Source of the DNA: Lingula anatina
Taxonomy: Eukaryota; Animalia; Brachiopoda
NCBI GenBank assembly: GCA_051362555.1
Contig: CM120646.1
Coordinates: forward strand, 10,850,001-10,914,000
DNA: 64,000 bases
Direction: 5' to 3'
Positions 22,791 through 35,800 of this stretch are shown here, piece after piece (position 1 is the stretch's first letter; the number at the start of each line of letters is the position of its first letter). The notes under the pieces were generated by a model, which was given only the letters and a program-made list of their open reading frames with translations, ran no database searches and was not told the origin of the DNA. A program made the position numbers and the translations under genes.

Positions 22791-24058
22791 CACGTCTTAC
22801 ATATTGATTATTCATTGACTTCAGCTTTTATTTCGTTAACATTAGAGGCCCATGGTGCAATGGTTAACCGGTCAGCAGCTACTGTAATGATTCTGATTGC
22901 CGTTTTGTGCTTATTTCATACAAATGTGCATCATGAGTAGCAAGAGTCTAGCAATCACAGTGGCTAAACATTTACCAATTTCAATGTCACGTTATAAAAT
23001 GTGCACTTACAGATTAGCGAAACACTAGTCAGTTTTCGGCATGTTTTGCCTCCAGATAGATAATTTTAATTAAAAATTCGGCATTGATACACTGGTACCC
23101 CTGCTAGATACCCCTGAAAGTAATAAGTATGTTTTTTTGGTATTGCATGTCAAATTTACATTTTTCTTTTATTGATTAATAAAGTGAAATTCAACATTAC
23201 GAATGGATACGCAGATGTGCTTTAAGATATTGTGTGATGTAATTAAACGATGCTAATTACCGTTTTTATAACATAGAAATCAGCATTTATTAGATACAAG
23301 GCGGCACTACCACACTAGCGTGCATTATACGCATTAGTTAAAGCTGCAGATATCATAATTCACAGAGGCTTTTTATGTTATGAGATATTTTCATGTAACC
23401 AATACAAACATCATACGCAATACACGTAGTATTCTCGTCCTTGGAAAAAAAACGTTAATTTTATTTTGTGGAGGTTCTCACGTTTATCTATTGATTATTC
23501 ATTGACTAAGGCTTTTATTTCATTAAACTTGAGGTCCGTGGTGGAATGGTTAACCAGTTAGCAGCTTCTGTGATTGCCTGTTTGTGATTACCCCACATGC
23601 ATGCGTACATCATGAGTAGCAAGATTCAAACAATCACAGAGAGAAAAAATTTGCCAATTTCAAATGCACGCTAATTGTACTTCCAGGTAATGTGGGCGTG
23701 TTTTCTATCTTGGGCTTAATAAGAACCAGCATTGTTTTAGATATACAGTATGTATGCTTTTAAGTCTTGCGTGATACATTTACATTTTTCTTCTTATTGA
23801 TTACTTAAGTGAACTTCAACATTACGCAATGGATACGCAGGTGTGCTTTAGGATATTGTGTGATGTAATTAAGCAAAGCTAATTACCGTTTTTTTAATAT
23901 CATAGAGGACACCATTCATTTGATTTAAGGCGACACTGCCACAAGAGCACGTTGAGTATTAGCTTAAATTGCAAAAATGATAGATTCAAAGACACTTGTT
24001 ATATTATAAATATTTTTATGAAGCAAATAATTGTACTAACATCATGCGTAATGCATCA
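22791..24058 (+). repeat. Old tandem duplication, ~690-bp period (22791-~23425 and 23479-~24058)
   Basis: Collinear blocks tattgattattcattgact, catcatgagtagcaaga, atttacattttt, atggatacgcag, atattgtgtgatgtaattaa, ctaattaccgtttttt. Confidence 0.9.
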
Positions 24059-24329
24059 AGGATGCTGAACTTCCGATTCAAAATTACGTTGAGTTCCATA
24101 CTTCTGACTTTTGGGATGGGAGTTTAACCCCCACCCTCCCTACCCGTACGTCAGGTATTCTCGTCTTTTTAATGTATTGACTCCTGTTATTTGGAAGTTT
24201 TGATTTATTTAAATAATTTTAATTTTAATTTTAATAATTTTAAAAAATATGGGCAATTTAATCGTATTCTGGACACTAAGGTACAGGTGGTATGAATTAT
24301 AGCGTTTAACCCATAGCCAACTGTAGAGA

Positions 24330-24850
24330 ACAGAAATTGTCACAGTTGTCACCTAAGTGCCGGACGGCGTTAAATGAAGCGAGCCCCGCTCTCATATCTG
24401 GTGTGATTGGTAACGCAGTCAACCACGTTGAATACGGGATGTTTTTTCTAACCTCTTCAGACTGCCTCCTTGGTCCCAACACTCCTCTTTGTATGTCGTG
24501 CACTAACGCGTCCTTCCTGTCAAATGAGTTGCTAGAGTTTTTAAGATGTGTGAATACGACCGAACCACATGTGTCTTCCTAGCTTGGCCGCCATTCGACC
24601 TTGCTGTATCCTGCTTTTAAGATATTGTTTTATTTCACCAACATATGATTCAGTTTTTAAGTACCCTTTCATTTCACACCATACACGACACGGGAGTTCT
24701 TACCCTTGGGCGTAAAGTCTATAACATCCACCAACCGGTTCCTTTGAGTGTTACACGGCTAGAAATAGGTAGGTAGAAATACCAAACTGTCGAAATGGAA
24801 ATATCTATCTCTCAGAAAAAAGCCTTCAACTTAAGGTATGCAGACATATA
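24330..24850 (-). mobile_element. Decayed Penelope-like element, GIY-YIG endonuclease region
   Basis: Minus-strand translation across frameshifts: CIP*VEG..SE, FRQFGIS, YF*PCNTQRNRLV..DFTPKGKNSRVVYGVK, ESYVGEIKQYLKSRIQQ, SVVFTHLKNSSNSFD, RGV..KEAV. Confidence 0.85.
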
Positions 24851-25346
24851 TCCTCGAGACATCAGTGTTGTTTTGCTTTTCTGACTATGGAAGATAGACA
24901 AAAAGTCGAAGTTCATCCCATATGTACCATAGTGTCTATGACATTCGGTGATTCACTTTTCCATTCCTTCATTGTTTGAAACTGAAACTGGATTAATCAA
25001 AATGTGCAGTTCATGAGGTACATGTAACTTTTAACCTTGTGCAGTTTCGGTTTTTGAGAAAGTTTTTCCTTGTATTGATGACTGAAATTGGCTGAATGGA
25101 ACTTAATGTGATATAACTGAACGCAATATGGAAATCAAATGATATCGAAATTAATATCTTTAGAACGGCAATCGTGACCTTTTTTTCTATGGGTTTATTT
25201 GTTGGACACTGACACAGATAGTGAGTAAGCAGCTGGTCACAGATAACAAGATAAGTAAGAATTTCATCTGATCAGAAACCACTTGCCAGGTGAAGGCCTA
25301 TGCCAAAAGGCACAACAGCTGTAAAATGTAGAAGTTCCTGATTCAT

Positions 25347-26670
25347 GATCAGTGGTCACTGCTGCGGATCAGTGGTCACTGCTGAGATTTAGTGGTCACT
25401 GCTAAGCATCAGTGGTCACCGCTGAGATTCAGTGGTCACTGCTGAGATTCAGTGGTCACTGCTAAGCATCAGTGGCCACTGCTGAGATTCAGTGGTCACT
25501 GCTGTATTTAGTGGTCACTGCTGAGGATCAGTGGTCACTGATGAGATTCAGTGGTCACTGCTGAGATGTAGTGGTCACTGCTGAGATTCAGTGGTCACTA
25601 CTGAGATTCAGTGGTCACTGCTGTGAATTAATAGTTACTGCTGAGCATCAGTGGTCACTGCCGTGAATGAATAGTTATTGCTGAGAGTCAGTGGTCACTG
25701 CTAAGCATCAGTGGCCACTGCTGAGATACAGAAGTCACTGCTGTATTTTGTGGTCACTGCTGAGGATCAGTGGTCACTCTTGAGATTCAGTGGTCACTGC
25801 TGAGATTCAGTGGTCACTGCTGAGGATCAGTGGTCACTGCTGAGTTTCAGTGGTCACTGCTGTGATTTAGTGGTCACTGCTGAGCAGCAGTGGTCACTGC
25901 TGAGGTTAGTGGCCACTGCTGAGATTCAGTGTTCACTGCTGAGGATCAGTGGTCACTGCTAAGCATCAGTGGTCACTGCTGAGATTCAGTGGTCACTGCT
26001 GTGAATTAATAGTTACTGCTGAGCATCAGTGGTCACTGCTGTGAATTAATAGTTACTGCTGAGATTCAGTGGTCACTGCTGTGAATTAATGGTCACTGCT
26101 GAGCAGCAGTGGTCACTCTTGAGATTCGGTGGTCACTGCTGTGATTTAGTGGTCACTGCTGAGCATCAGTGGTCACTGCTGAGCAATAGCGGTCACTACT
26201 GAGATTCAGTGGTCACTGCTGTGAATTAATAGTTACTGCTGAGCATCAGTGGTCACTGCTGTGAATTAATAGTTACTGCTGAGATTCAGTGGTCACTGCT
26301 GTGAATTAATGGTCACTGCTGAGCAGCAGTGGTCACTCTTGAGATTCGGTGGTCACTGCTGAGATCCAGTGGTCACTGCTGAAGATCAGTCGTCACTGCT
26401 GAGATTCGGTGGTCACTGCTGTGATTCAGTGGTCACTGCTGAGCATCAGTGGTCACTGCTGAGGTCAGTGGTCACTGCTGAGATTCAGTGTTCACTGCTG
26501 AGGATCAGTGGTCACTGCTGAGATTCAGTGGTGACTGCTTAGGATCAGTGGTCACTGTTAAGGATCAGTGGTAATGGCTGATATACAGTATTTACTGCTG
26601 AGGATCAGCGTTCACTGCTGAGGACCAGTGTTCACTGCTGAGGATCAGTGGTCACAGTGGTCACTGCTGG
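25347..26670. repeat. Minisatellite, 20-bp unit (CAGTGGTCACTGCTGAGATT consensus), about 66 copies
   Basis: Directly visible periodicity; conserved core with variable linker. Confidence 0.98.
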
Positions 26671-27540
26671 ACAAACCAGAGTCATGTCACACACAACTTA
26701 ATCTTGTGAGAACCTACTGGAGGTTATTTGACAGAGGAATGCACAGTCCCGTTAAGATTGGCACGTGGTGTACAAAGAAACATACGAGCCTCCAACTGCA
26801 GTCGACTTATAAGTAGAGGTGCTGATATATTTTATACATAATATTCGGAAAGTTTCTATAAGCAGTGCCATAGGGTTTTATTGCACCAGTGCTTACCTAC
26901 CTGGCTGATTCTTACAAAGATATAATAAGTCTTGACACCTGCATGCATGATACAGCGTGGGCTAACTTAAAACCTCAATTAAAAACAGGAGGAATCAACT
27001 GGTACAGAGTAAATAATCCTACAATGAACGACGTTAATTTCCATGTAAATTTGAGCTTGAGATTAAATTTGGACAGTAATGATTTGCAGGCACTAGGGCG
27101 CAAATTAAATCATCAATAACAGATTATATAGCGAGCTTTAAATCGAAAGTATATAATCATATTAGGGACTAAATTGGCATTGCTGTATTCATGAACAATG
27201 TCTCCATGGACAAATGGTCGTTACAAAACTAATCGAGCAATAAAAACACGTAGGCACTGATTATATGCAGAACAAGTGTTTTGATTTAGGAAGCAGGGAT
27301 GCCTTACAGTTTTTGTGGCGCAAGTCGTATAAAGCAACCAGTATTTGTCTGTCTTCCCGTATAAGAGCATGGCAAGGTCTCAGCAGATGCACTTAATGAG
27401 ACTAATCTGCGTGTTTTAATCATAAAGCATTGCAGAGATGCATTTCAACACTTTTCTTAAACTGCAGACTCGAAAAAGTTTCCTTCGGTTATATTTTTAT
27501 GTACGTGTCAAACACACATGTGATTTGTAAAAGGTTTTTC

Positions 27541-29622
27541 ATTTTTAAAGACAACACATATTTTAAGTTAAAAAAGAAAGCCTGCTGATTTTTCATTAAA
27601 ATAGGTTTTCGGCAAATAAATGAAGAAAAATCATTACCATTATTTGAATCATTTAGGACCGTACACTGTTTTTTTCTTGCAATGAGACTTGCCTGGTGCT
27701 AAAATTCATTTTGTAAACATGTTATGAGGAGTGGTGATGCTGAAAATGCACTGGCAAAACGTGCGTCTTGGTGCATGTACATGTATGTGCTTTAGGCTTA
27801 ATTGGCAAGGTGTCAGAGAATACATTTCAGTTGTCAATAAGATAAACAGAAAAAACCTCACAGTTAAACACATGCATACTTTTAACCCCTCTTAAGCTGC
27901 TTTCACGAGAGTGGCAAGAGACGAGATGATTAACACGGTTGTTTACCATTGAAGGATAGAAGCTATTGACAGGGGAAGATTTAAAGTGCCGTTTTACAAT
28001 TAATCCATGACACTTAATATCGATTCTTTGAGCTTTTTCCAAAGTTCACTGTATATGATGTGACATTTTGGGATTTCAGATGTTTTCTACTTGTTTGAAG
28101 TGAATTTAAAGGCAACGATTTTGTGTAAGGCCAATTTCATATTAACATTTGGCCACAGGGGAACAATTTTCCTATTATCTGTCTGTCGACGTATCGACGT
28201 ATGTAAATGAGACTTGTCACCAACACTCTCATTATTGACGTTAGGTATTTGGTAACATTCAAATCCAATTTTTATAACACCTAACGTATTCAAAGATGGA
28301 ACGTTTGTTGTAATTGACTTGTTTGATACTGTTCTTTACCGATTTATATAAAAAAGTTATCCGTGCTGTTATGTATACTTGGTTACGTTGATTGGACATG
28401 CGATGTATGTTTGATAAACGGTCCCGTGTAGAATGATTAAAATATGACACTGCTAAATTGTTAAATTTTAAATTGTTTTTGCTCAGCTTACAAAACATTT
28501 TGCAATGTTGTATTGTAAAATGTAATTTTAAATGCATGACACAATGTGTCACGCTTCGACATGTGTTCTATTTGCATGTTTGACAGGCGTGTGGAAGCCC
28601 AGGGCAGTTTATCATTAATGTTTCATTTTTTCATGCTGTGCAAACGTGCCTTTGGTATATATTATCAAATGAAATTGCAAGCTTTTTAAAAAGCTTTTTT
28701 TATGGTGGTATGGCCTCTGTTATGTTGTAACATAAACAGAGGCCATACCACCATAAAAAAAGCTTATAAAAAAGTGTAAAGTACACGCTGTCAGGAATTC
28801 TCGTGCTGCTGTTGGTTCGGCATAACAACTGTTAGGCATTAATTCATTTATTAATATTTTGGAAAAATCTTTTCATTACCTTCGACGTACGATATTTTAT
28901 GTCATATGTGATAGTACTTAAGGGTACATAGTAACCGAACATCGGACGAGCGTGGATTCCCAGTAACACATATAAACAACTTCAAATAGTTTTTTAAATC
29001 ACTCAAATAAAGTCAACTAGCCTAAGGACAAACTGAATATATCACTCTATCAGCCATTAAACAGCTTTAGACTGCCCCTTTCTTTAAATTTTTGGTCAGA
29101 AATTTAACCTACTTTTCGTGACCTACTTCTCTGCCCCATATACACAGCATAGAAAGCTAGAAGAAAAATCCGTTCAAATATCATGTTTCGGGTGATACTA
29201 AGCAATGTCTTTTGGTAATTCTCTTAGTTGTACTATTTGATACTATATGCTGGCATTTGGTTGGTTTTTGTGGCAAAAAATGACTTCATATGCATCTTTA
29301 AAGAAAATTACAACAACAAAAACGTGACAAAGGGTGCCTTTTAAACTACAGCACAAACAATTCAAAGGTAAAGTTAAGGAATTAAAAGGCAGACAAAATG
29401 CAAGCAACTGGCTCTTTGGTTGCTTTCGGTAAGTGTTAGCTATGTGCTTTACATGTTTGATCCCACGACGCGACCATATGTATGAATGTTAAATCATCTA
29501 ACAATGATGCACAATGTTGGATGTGTTTCGGAATTCGCTTTCCTTTATGATAATATACTACTATTTTTAAAGACAACACATATTTTAAGTTAAAAAAGAA
29601 AGCCTGTTGATTTTTCATTAAA
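27541..29622 (+). repeat. 60-bp direct repeat pair (27541-27600 and 29563-29622)
   Basis: atttttaaagacaacacatattttaagttaaaaaagaaagcctg(c/t)tgatttttcattaaa, one mismatch. Confidence 0.95.
28691..28765. repeat. Near-perfect 75-nt palindrome
   Basis: 31-bp perfect outer arms (aagctttttttatggtggtatggcctctgtt and its reverse complement), one bulged A, 5-bp inner stem around a GT centre. Confidence 0.97.
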
Positions 29623-32069
29623 GCATGTTTACTCTACAACTGTATCCATTTCTGAATTATGGCAAGTCAGCTGTTCTTTCATCTTTTACAGAATAAATAC
29701 AATATTGATCACTTAAAAAATCACTTTCAGTTTCCCGGTTGAAAATGGCATTTGCCAAACCGTTGGGCCTGTGGAACATCAAGTGGTGTCTAAAACTTGT
29801 ATAATGAGCCCGTAAGTCTCGAGTTCAGACGATAAGCGTATTAGTTGTCTTGACATGTGACCGAACCAAGCTAAAATAATAGTTGAGTGTTTTTATTAAT
29901 GCCATATCCAAGGCGACCGACAGGTGCATTTGCTGTTTTGCATAGTGGGCATTTGTTATACAGATATAACCATGGGCAGTATTATGACATAAATTGAAAA
30001 TTAATGCATGCAAAGCCGTTGGCGGGGGTTCACTAGGGCAGTTTCCCACCCCCACACCCACCCACAAGATTTTTGAAAAAGAAGATTTTTGTTGATTTCT
30101 ATGAAGCATCTAGATGAGTGCTGTGCCACAGGTGGTTTAAGTCACCTGTTTGCATGTGCTGCATTGTTGGCCTTCGGCAGCTCATCCTCCAGGCGTTTTA
30201 TTCAGCCTACGTCCCAGCTGTGAGTTCCACAGCAAGATTTAGCATAAACAAATGTCTTAAAACCACAACATGATCAAATGAATGCGTAGGCACTGACGCC
30301 GTTATGATGCGAGGTTACCATGATCTAACTTCACATCATGTGATTTAATGCCGCTACATGCATGTAAAACAACACAGACTTTGGCAAATCGAGTCCACAG
30401 TATATGATTAATACAGTTAAATTTCTCTGTTTACTACCTGAGCGTATGCCGTGATAAACGCCACTTGATGTTGTCCGTTTGTTCTTTCGTGTTGGCATAA
30501 AAGCTCCATATATCACAAATAGATATCGGTACCAAGGTTAGGCATTTCAGCGGTGCGTCTGAAAAAAAAACCCCTCAATTCTAAGACTTGTTTGTCATCG
30601 CAAAATAATCACCAAAATCACCCTGCAGAAGAATTAAAACAACATGTACGCCTCCCGCAGCTCTGCGCATCAGCGCAGCAGAAGTTGAATTGGTCTTTAC
30701 TTGTTGGAGAGAAAAGATAATTAAGTTAGATGTCTTGAGTGAGAATCTGCGCCCGGGATCATTATTAACCCGGAGTCCTGTAGGCACGTTTTACGCCCAC
30801 GAGGTGATTTTAAGTGCCCATCACAGGGACAAGTGATGGCAATTAGGTCGTAATTGACAGACGGGTAATAATAAAAGGCGTGTAATTTCTCAGCAATTAC
30901 GAGGAATCGGTTTTCCTCGAACGAAAAATGGCAAGCCAATTAGGGAAAATAGACCCCATAAAAAAGAATTAACCCGAGCCCTTAAAGGGCAAAGTAAAAT
31001 TAATATTTTTATAATGATGCGTTGACGATTCAACGTATTCGATGTTGAATCTACTTTCATTACTTTGGATTTCGCATTTTATTTCTGTTAAGGACGAGTG
31101 CACTTACAGTTTCTTTAACTCTATCTTTATGTTGCATTAAAAAAAATTAATTGGTTTTCACAAAAGTATCAAAATTGTCCACTAGCAAAAGGAAACATTT
31201 GTCATTTCAGTTTTTATCACGTTTATAGCAAGTCGGAATCATTTGTTTATTATTAACCTGCAGGTACCTTTCATATACGAACTGTTCTTTGTTTGAACTA
31301 GCCTGCAAGCGGCGTATTAGGTCTTGCACAATGCCTTACCACCTTAACGGTGATGAGTTCAGGATAGTATCATCCATACCGTGCATCAGGTATCAAGGCC
31401 ATTCTGGTTGGTCTATAAATCGCTTGGATATTAACCTTAACATGAAAATATACCAAGTGAGCCAGCCGAGGGGACTGTAAATCCCATTGCCACTTCTTAA
31501 TTGTAACTTGTGTTCAGAAAGCAGTTATTTGTTGAAGAATTAAACACATTATCACCATTGCAATTGTAATTGTAGTATTTTATTATTTGCTTCATTGCTA
31601 ATTGCGGATTTTAACAATAAAGACTTGACATTTAACATGAAATATTTTAGTTTCAAAGGTATGCATGGGGAAAATGCGTTCTTCTTTCAACTCAGATCTC
31701 ATATGAGACATTTGAATGGAGATGTGTGTAGTCAGGTGTGTCGCTACCAATTAACTGACTACCATGTTTATTGCACTGCTGCATTGTGTAATATGCAGTG
31801 ATTTCATTGGGTAGTGCTCCTTTGGGCTGGTCAAAGCTTGGCTTTGGCAAAGCATGGTTTTGTTTAAAAAAGAATCCATATGTCGGCAACAACTGCATAT
31901 TGATGGTTTTGAAATTTTACATGCAAGCGGTCGGTTTTGCAGTGCGTATAATGAGTTAAGCAGTGCTCTTTTCAAAATTGTTCTTCTGTGCCAGAATAGT
32001 GCTAAAACGACAAATATTGCCAGATAGATTATTGTGTCACACAAAACGTTACGCACAGTTTTATAGAGC

Positions 32070-32840
32070 CATGCCCAGACCGATGTACCTACACAGAGGC
32101 CACGCCGAACGTATCGAAATCTTACCACCAGGGTACAGGACTCACTGTACTTCAGAATATGCTGCTGCAACTAAACAAAAACCACCCAGTCCGTTCAGAA
32201 TGATGGGCAAATTGTCACCAGAACGTGTTTTTCAACGATCTTCGCGAAAACCAAACTGGTTTTAGCTGGTAAGAATACCAGACGACCTGTGAGGAAGCCA
32301 CTGTAAACAGCAAAACATCGCCGTCTGTGTCTTTAATGAATTGGAGACCATGACCGTCTCTGGGTAGAACACTGAAACCGCATGGCTTTCTTTATTGAGG
32401 TCAGATTTCACCTGTGCCGCTCAACTTAGTCAAAACAGAGTTTACAGACACCCTGAAAAGGCCTATACGACGAAGCGTGTGCCGCGTCGAAAGTGGATAC
32501 CACATCGGTGCCAAAACGCCAATGGTAGTCATCGATGAAGACCTGAACTGCATTAAATAAAAAGAATAATCTGGGAACCATTTGCCTATAATTTGATAAT
32601 GGACACATCAGGAACAATTTCAGGTTGCAAGATGAGATTGTCAGATCACACAGAAAACTTTTAATAGCAGATAACTTACAGAACCAAGAGAATGAGCAGC
32701 TACCTCAAATTCATCAAAATTGCACATTTGAATCAAATTAACAATATTTGGGTAGGTCATTACTCACCGAATTAACGGCCTACATGTCCTACGATAGAAC
32801 TGAACCATATTGGACAAGTTTTGTACGATGCCTGGAATGT
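32070..32840 (+). mobile_element. Decayed Tc1/mariner transposase
   Basis: Across stops and frameshifts: LTTRVQD, TRRPVRKPL*TAKHRR, FFIEVRFHL (FTDESRF motif), NRVYRHPEKAY, KTPMVVIDEDLN, FRLQDEIVRSHR (QQDNARPH motif), QVLYDAWN. Confidence 0.85.
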
Positions 32841-35800
32841 TATTTTAGATTAAATTCTAAAAACCTATCCCAGTATATGCCTTGTCACTTGAGAGCCCTG
32901 GTAGCAACCAGATGAGGTCAGGCGTAACAGGGACTATTTCTGTGATTTGTAACTGAGGGTCTTTTGTGGGGCGTGTATCTCTTTTAAAGATGACATTATG
33001 TAAAATATGGAGATCCAAAATATTGCTTTTAATGGTTGTCGTATGACTTAAAATTGGCAATGTATTTTTGTTTGCTTCGCTGGCGAATTCAATTAATGAA
33101 TTGTCTCATTGACAAGAAAGAGATTATTAAAAGTTATTAAAAAGCGATTTTAATACTTATTTTCATTAATCAGTCAGCAAAATAGGGAAAAAACCGATGA
33201 AAGATCATTCATAAAAAATATTCCATATTAAATGTGAAGTCTGTATTATCAGGCATTACTAGTATTACTAATATTTGTATGGGCAGGAAGTTAATGGTAA
33301 CTGCGTTCCAAAATAAAATGGCAGTTTCAGTACTGCGTTCTCATTAATTAATAGGTCTCAGAATTAAATTATGTAAAAACTTTGCAAGTATGTTTTGGAT
33401 TTTGCCGTTTTCTTACGCTTTGTCTCGTCCTGTCCCGTTCAACTAAGAGTAAACTAAAAGGACAAAAGGCTCAAGAGTTAGTCAAAGCTAGATTCACTTT
33501 CCAAGGGCAAACAGATACTAGATCAAAGTACAGTGGCAACACCCGGCACCCCCTACTTCAGTGAATAGTGCTCTATTGATTTCAGTAATTTGATGGATGT
33601 TGTCCAATATTTGTTCGAATCTTTTTAATCCTTGGAGCAAGACGGTTATCAACCATATACTTAAGGTAATTTAGAATTTGTGTAAGTAAGTTGTTGGCTT
33701 TGGCTATATGCTTGAAATGGAAATGTGATTCTCTTGTCTGGGGAGATGTGTGACATGATGACGCAATATTAGTTACTTTAAGAGTGTAAATTAAGATTAA
33801 TGCCCCGTTCTAACTGTGCAAGCAATTTTGGTGTGGTGAAAAGTGAAGTAAAGAACCCAAGAGATGCCGTTTTATTAGCTCTCGAACATGACCGGCATTT
33901 CGGTCTCAGAATCTTTCCAGTATCCTCAGGTGACTCTCAGGCTCTTGCACTAATATTAGCAATTCATTTACGCAATTTGTACGTAAACGGATTAGCAACG
34001 ATGATATCTGCATAGTAGTAACTTTTCGTGATGTAATAGGGACGTGTGATAGGGACGTGTAATAGCACATTAAATGAAGCCTCTCTACTGCCTAAATGGA
34101 TTTTAATTCACCCAGAATATTTGGCACTGGTGTGACATGTTCATCAATATAGAGATACTCCAAATGAATAAATGAATAAACAAATAAATGAACAAGTAAG
34201 CAGTAATGATGGATAGATAGATATCGACATAACCATATAGTCACATGCGCGTTACAAATAATTGCAGTGTTGTATTTTTATGAAAATATTATGTAACTTT
34301 CTTGAGTAAAGCTTTGAACAAAGAAACGACACTGACTTATGTTTCTCTTTCGGATCTACTTTTTTGCAATTGTCTGTTGTGTCTGAGATATCACTGTTGT
34401 GTCAAAATGTACGACGTACTTTCTGACCCACATTGCATGCCTGAGACCAAGATTCACAGCATGTTTGAATCTGGAATTGTGAATAGCCCATTTTATTAAA
34501 TGAGCTCGAGGGTATTGCGTTTGTCTCAGCGAGGTAAGAACTGTTATAATGCTATGGTCATTTCAAAAGAAGTTTAGAGCAATAGTTGACTTTAATTTTA
34601 GAACTTATATTTTAGTCCAATTTGCCCCCAAATAAGTAAAAAGTAGTTCAGCTCAAAAATTATTTAGAAGTGGGAAATGAAAAACGCCCTTAAAATATTT
34701 TGCTTTATCGGCCTAGGTTGCCACGATCAGGCATACATGTATAGGGATATAGGAAAGATTGCTTAGTTTTGCACTTTTATGAAAGGACTGTTCTTAAAAT
34801 TTTGACGTTCTCATATGGTGACTTTTTTCACATTATTCAATGAATAAATATGCTGACGCTAACAAATAATGCCATCTCATTTGTGTTTTACTATCAGGTA
34901 GGCTGTTGGTATAAAATACAGTCTCCATGCAATAAATGTATATTTTAAAAACTCGAATAGATCTCGGAGTATTTTTTCACTTGTAGAATTCACATTGCTT
35001 GACAAAGATTGTAATTCAAATGATGGCACTAAACAGTAAGTTGGATGTAATAACTGTATACCTGAAATAAGCCATTTTCGGGGTTTGCTTAAAGCCCCTG
35101 ATACGCCTCGCATATCCTTAGTGTCTAATTAAACCAATTTCGCTGTGCGTGATGTCTACTGTCGTGATGTGCAAACTCAAAAATGTTGCACTTTAGGGTA
35201 GTTATGTGCTCATTATTTGACATCTGTATTTCCCAGCTCTGGATTAGGAATTATGAAATAGTGCACCAGCGTCCTGTACATCTATATGACATGTGAGTAT
35301 TTCCTGGGGATATAAAAATATACAAAATATGGCTTAGTTTTTGGAGAAGCTAACAAAGAGAGAGGGAAAGCAAAGTAAATGCATATCTTTGACGACAACT
35401 AAAATCCGTAGAGAACGCTCTAATTAAATTACATCAACTACAAATGGCAGTGGTGTGTGTTCTTCATTCCTTCGTGTTTGATTTATTTCATTAAATGCTA
35501 AGCAACGGCAAAGGTAAAATATTATCCTTCTGGGGCGTCACTCATTTGCGTGGTTTGGTATATTAAGCACTATAGCTCTTCCCCCAATCTCAACTCAGAC
35601 AATAAAAATATAAGAGACAATATGTTCATGTAGAAAAGGCGATCAAATACAGACAATGGGCTTTAAAAGATCAGCTGAACGAAGGTTCCAACCATCTGAC
35701 ACACGACGTGCTTCCATTTGACTGGGTTGCAAATAGCTCGTTTCCTACTTGACATTTGTTACAAAGTTTTCCATCTTCATGAAAACTGCAAGACTTTGTT

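Noticed and set aside
25347-26670. CRISPR array
   Set aside because: Linkers are about 6 bp and reused rather than unique 25-45-bp spacers; no cas genes; eukaryotic context.
27882-27900. piggyBac terminus TTAACCCCT
   Set aside because: No matching inverted end ending in TTAA found nearby.
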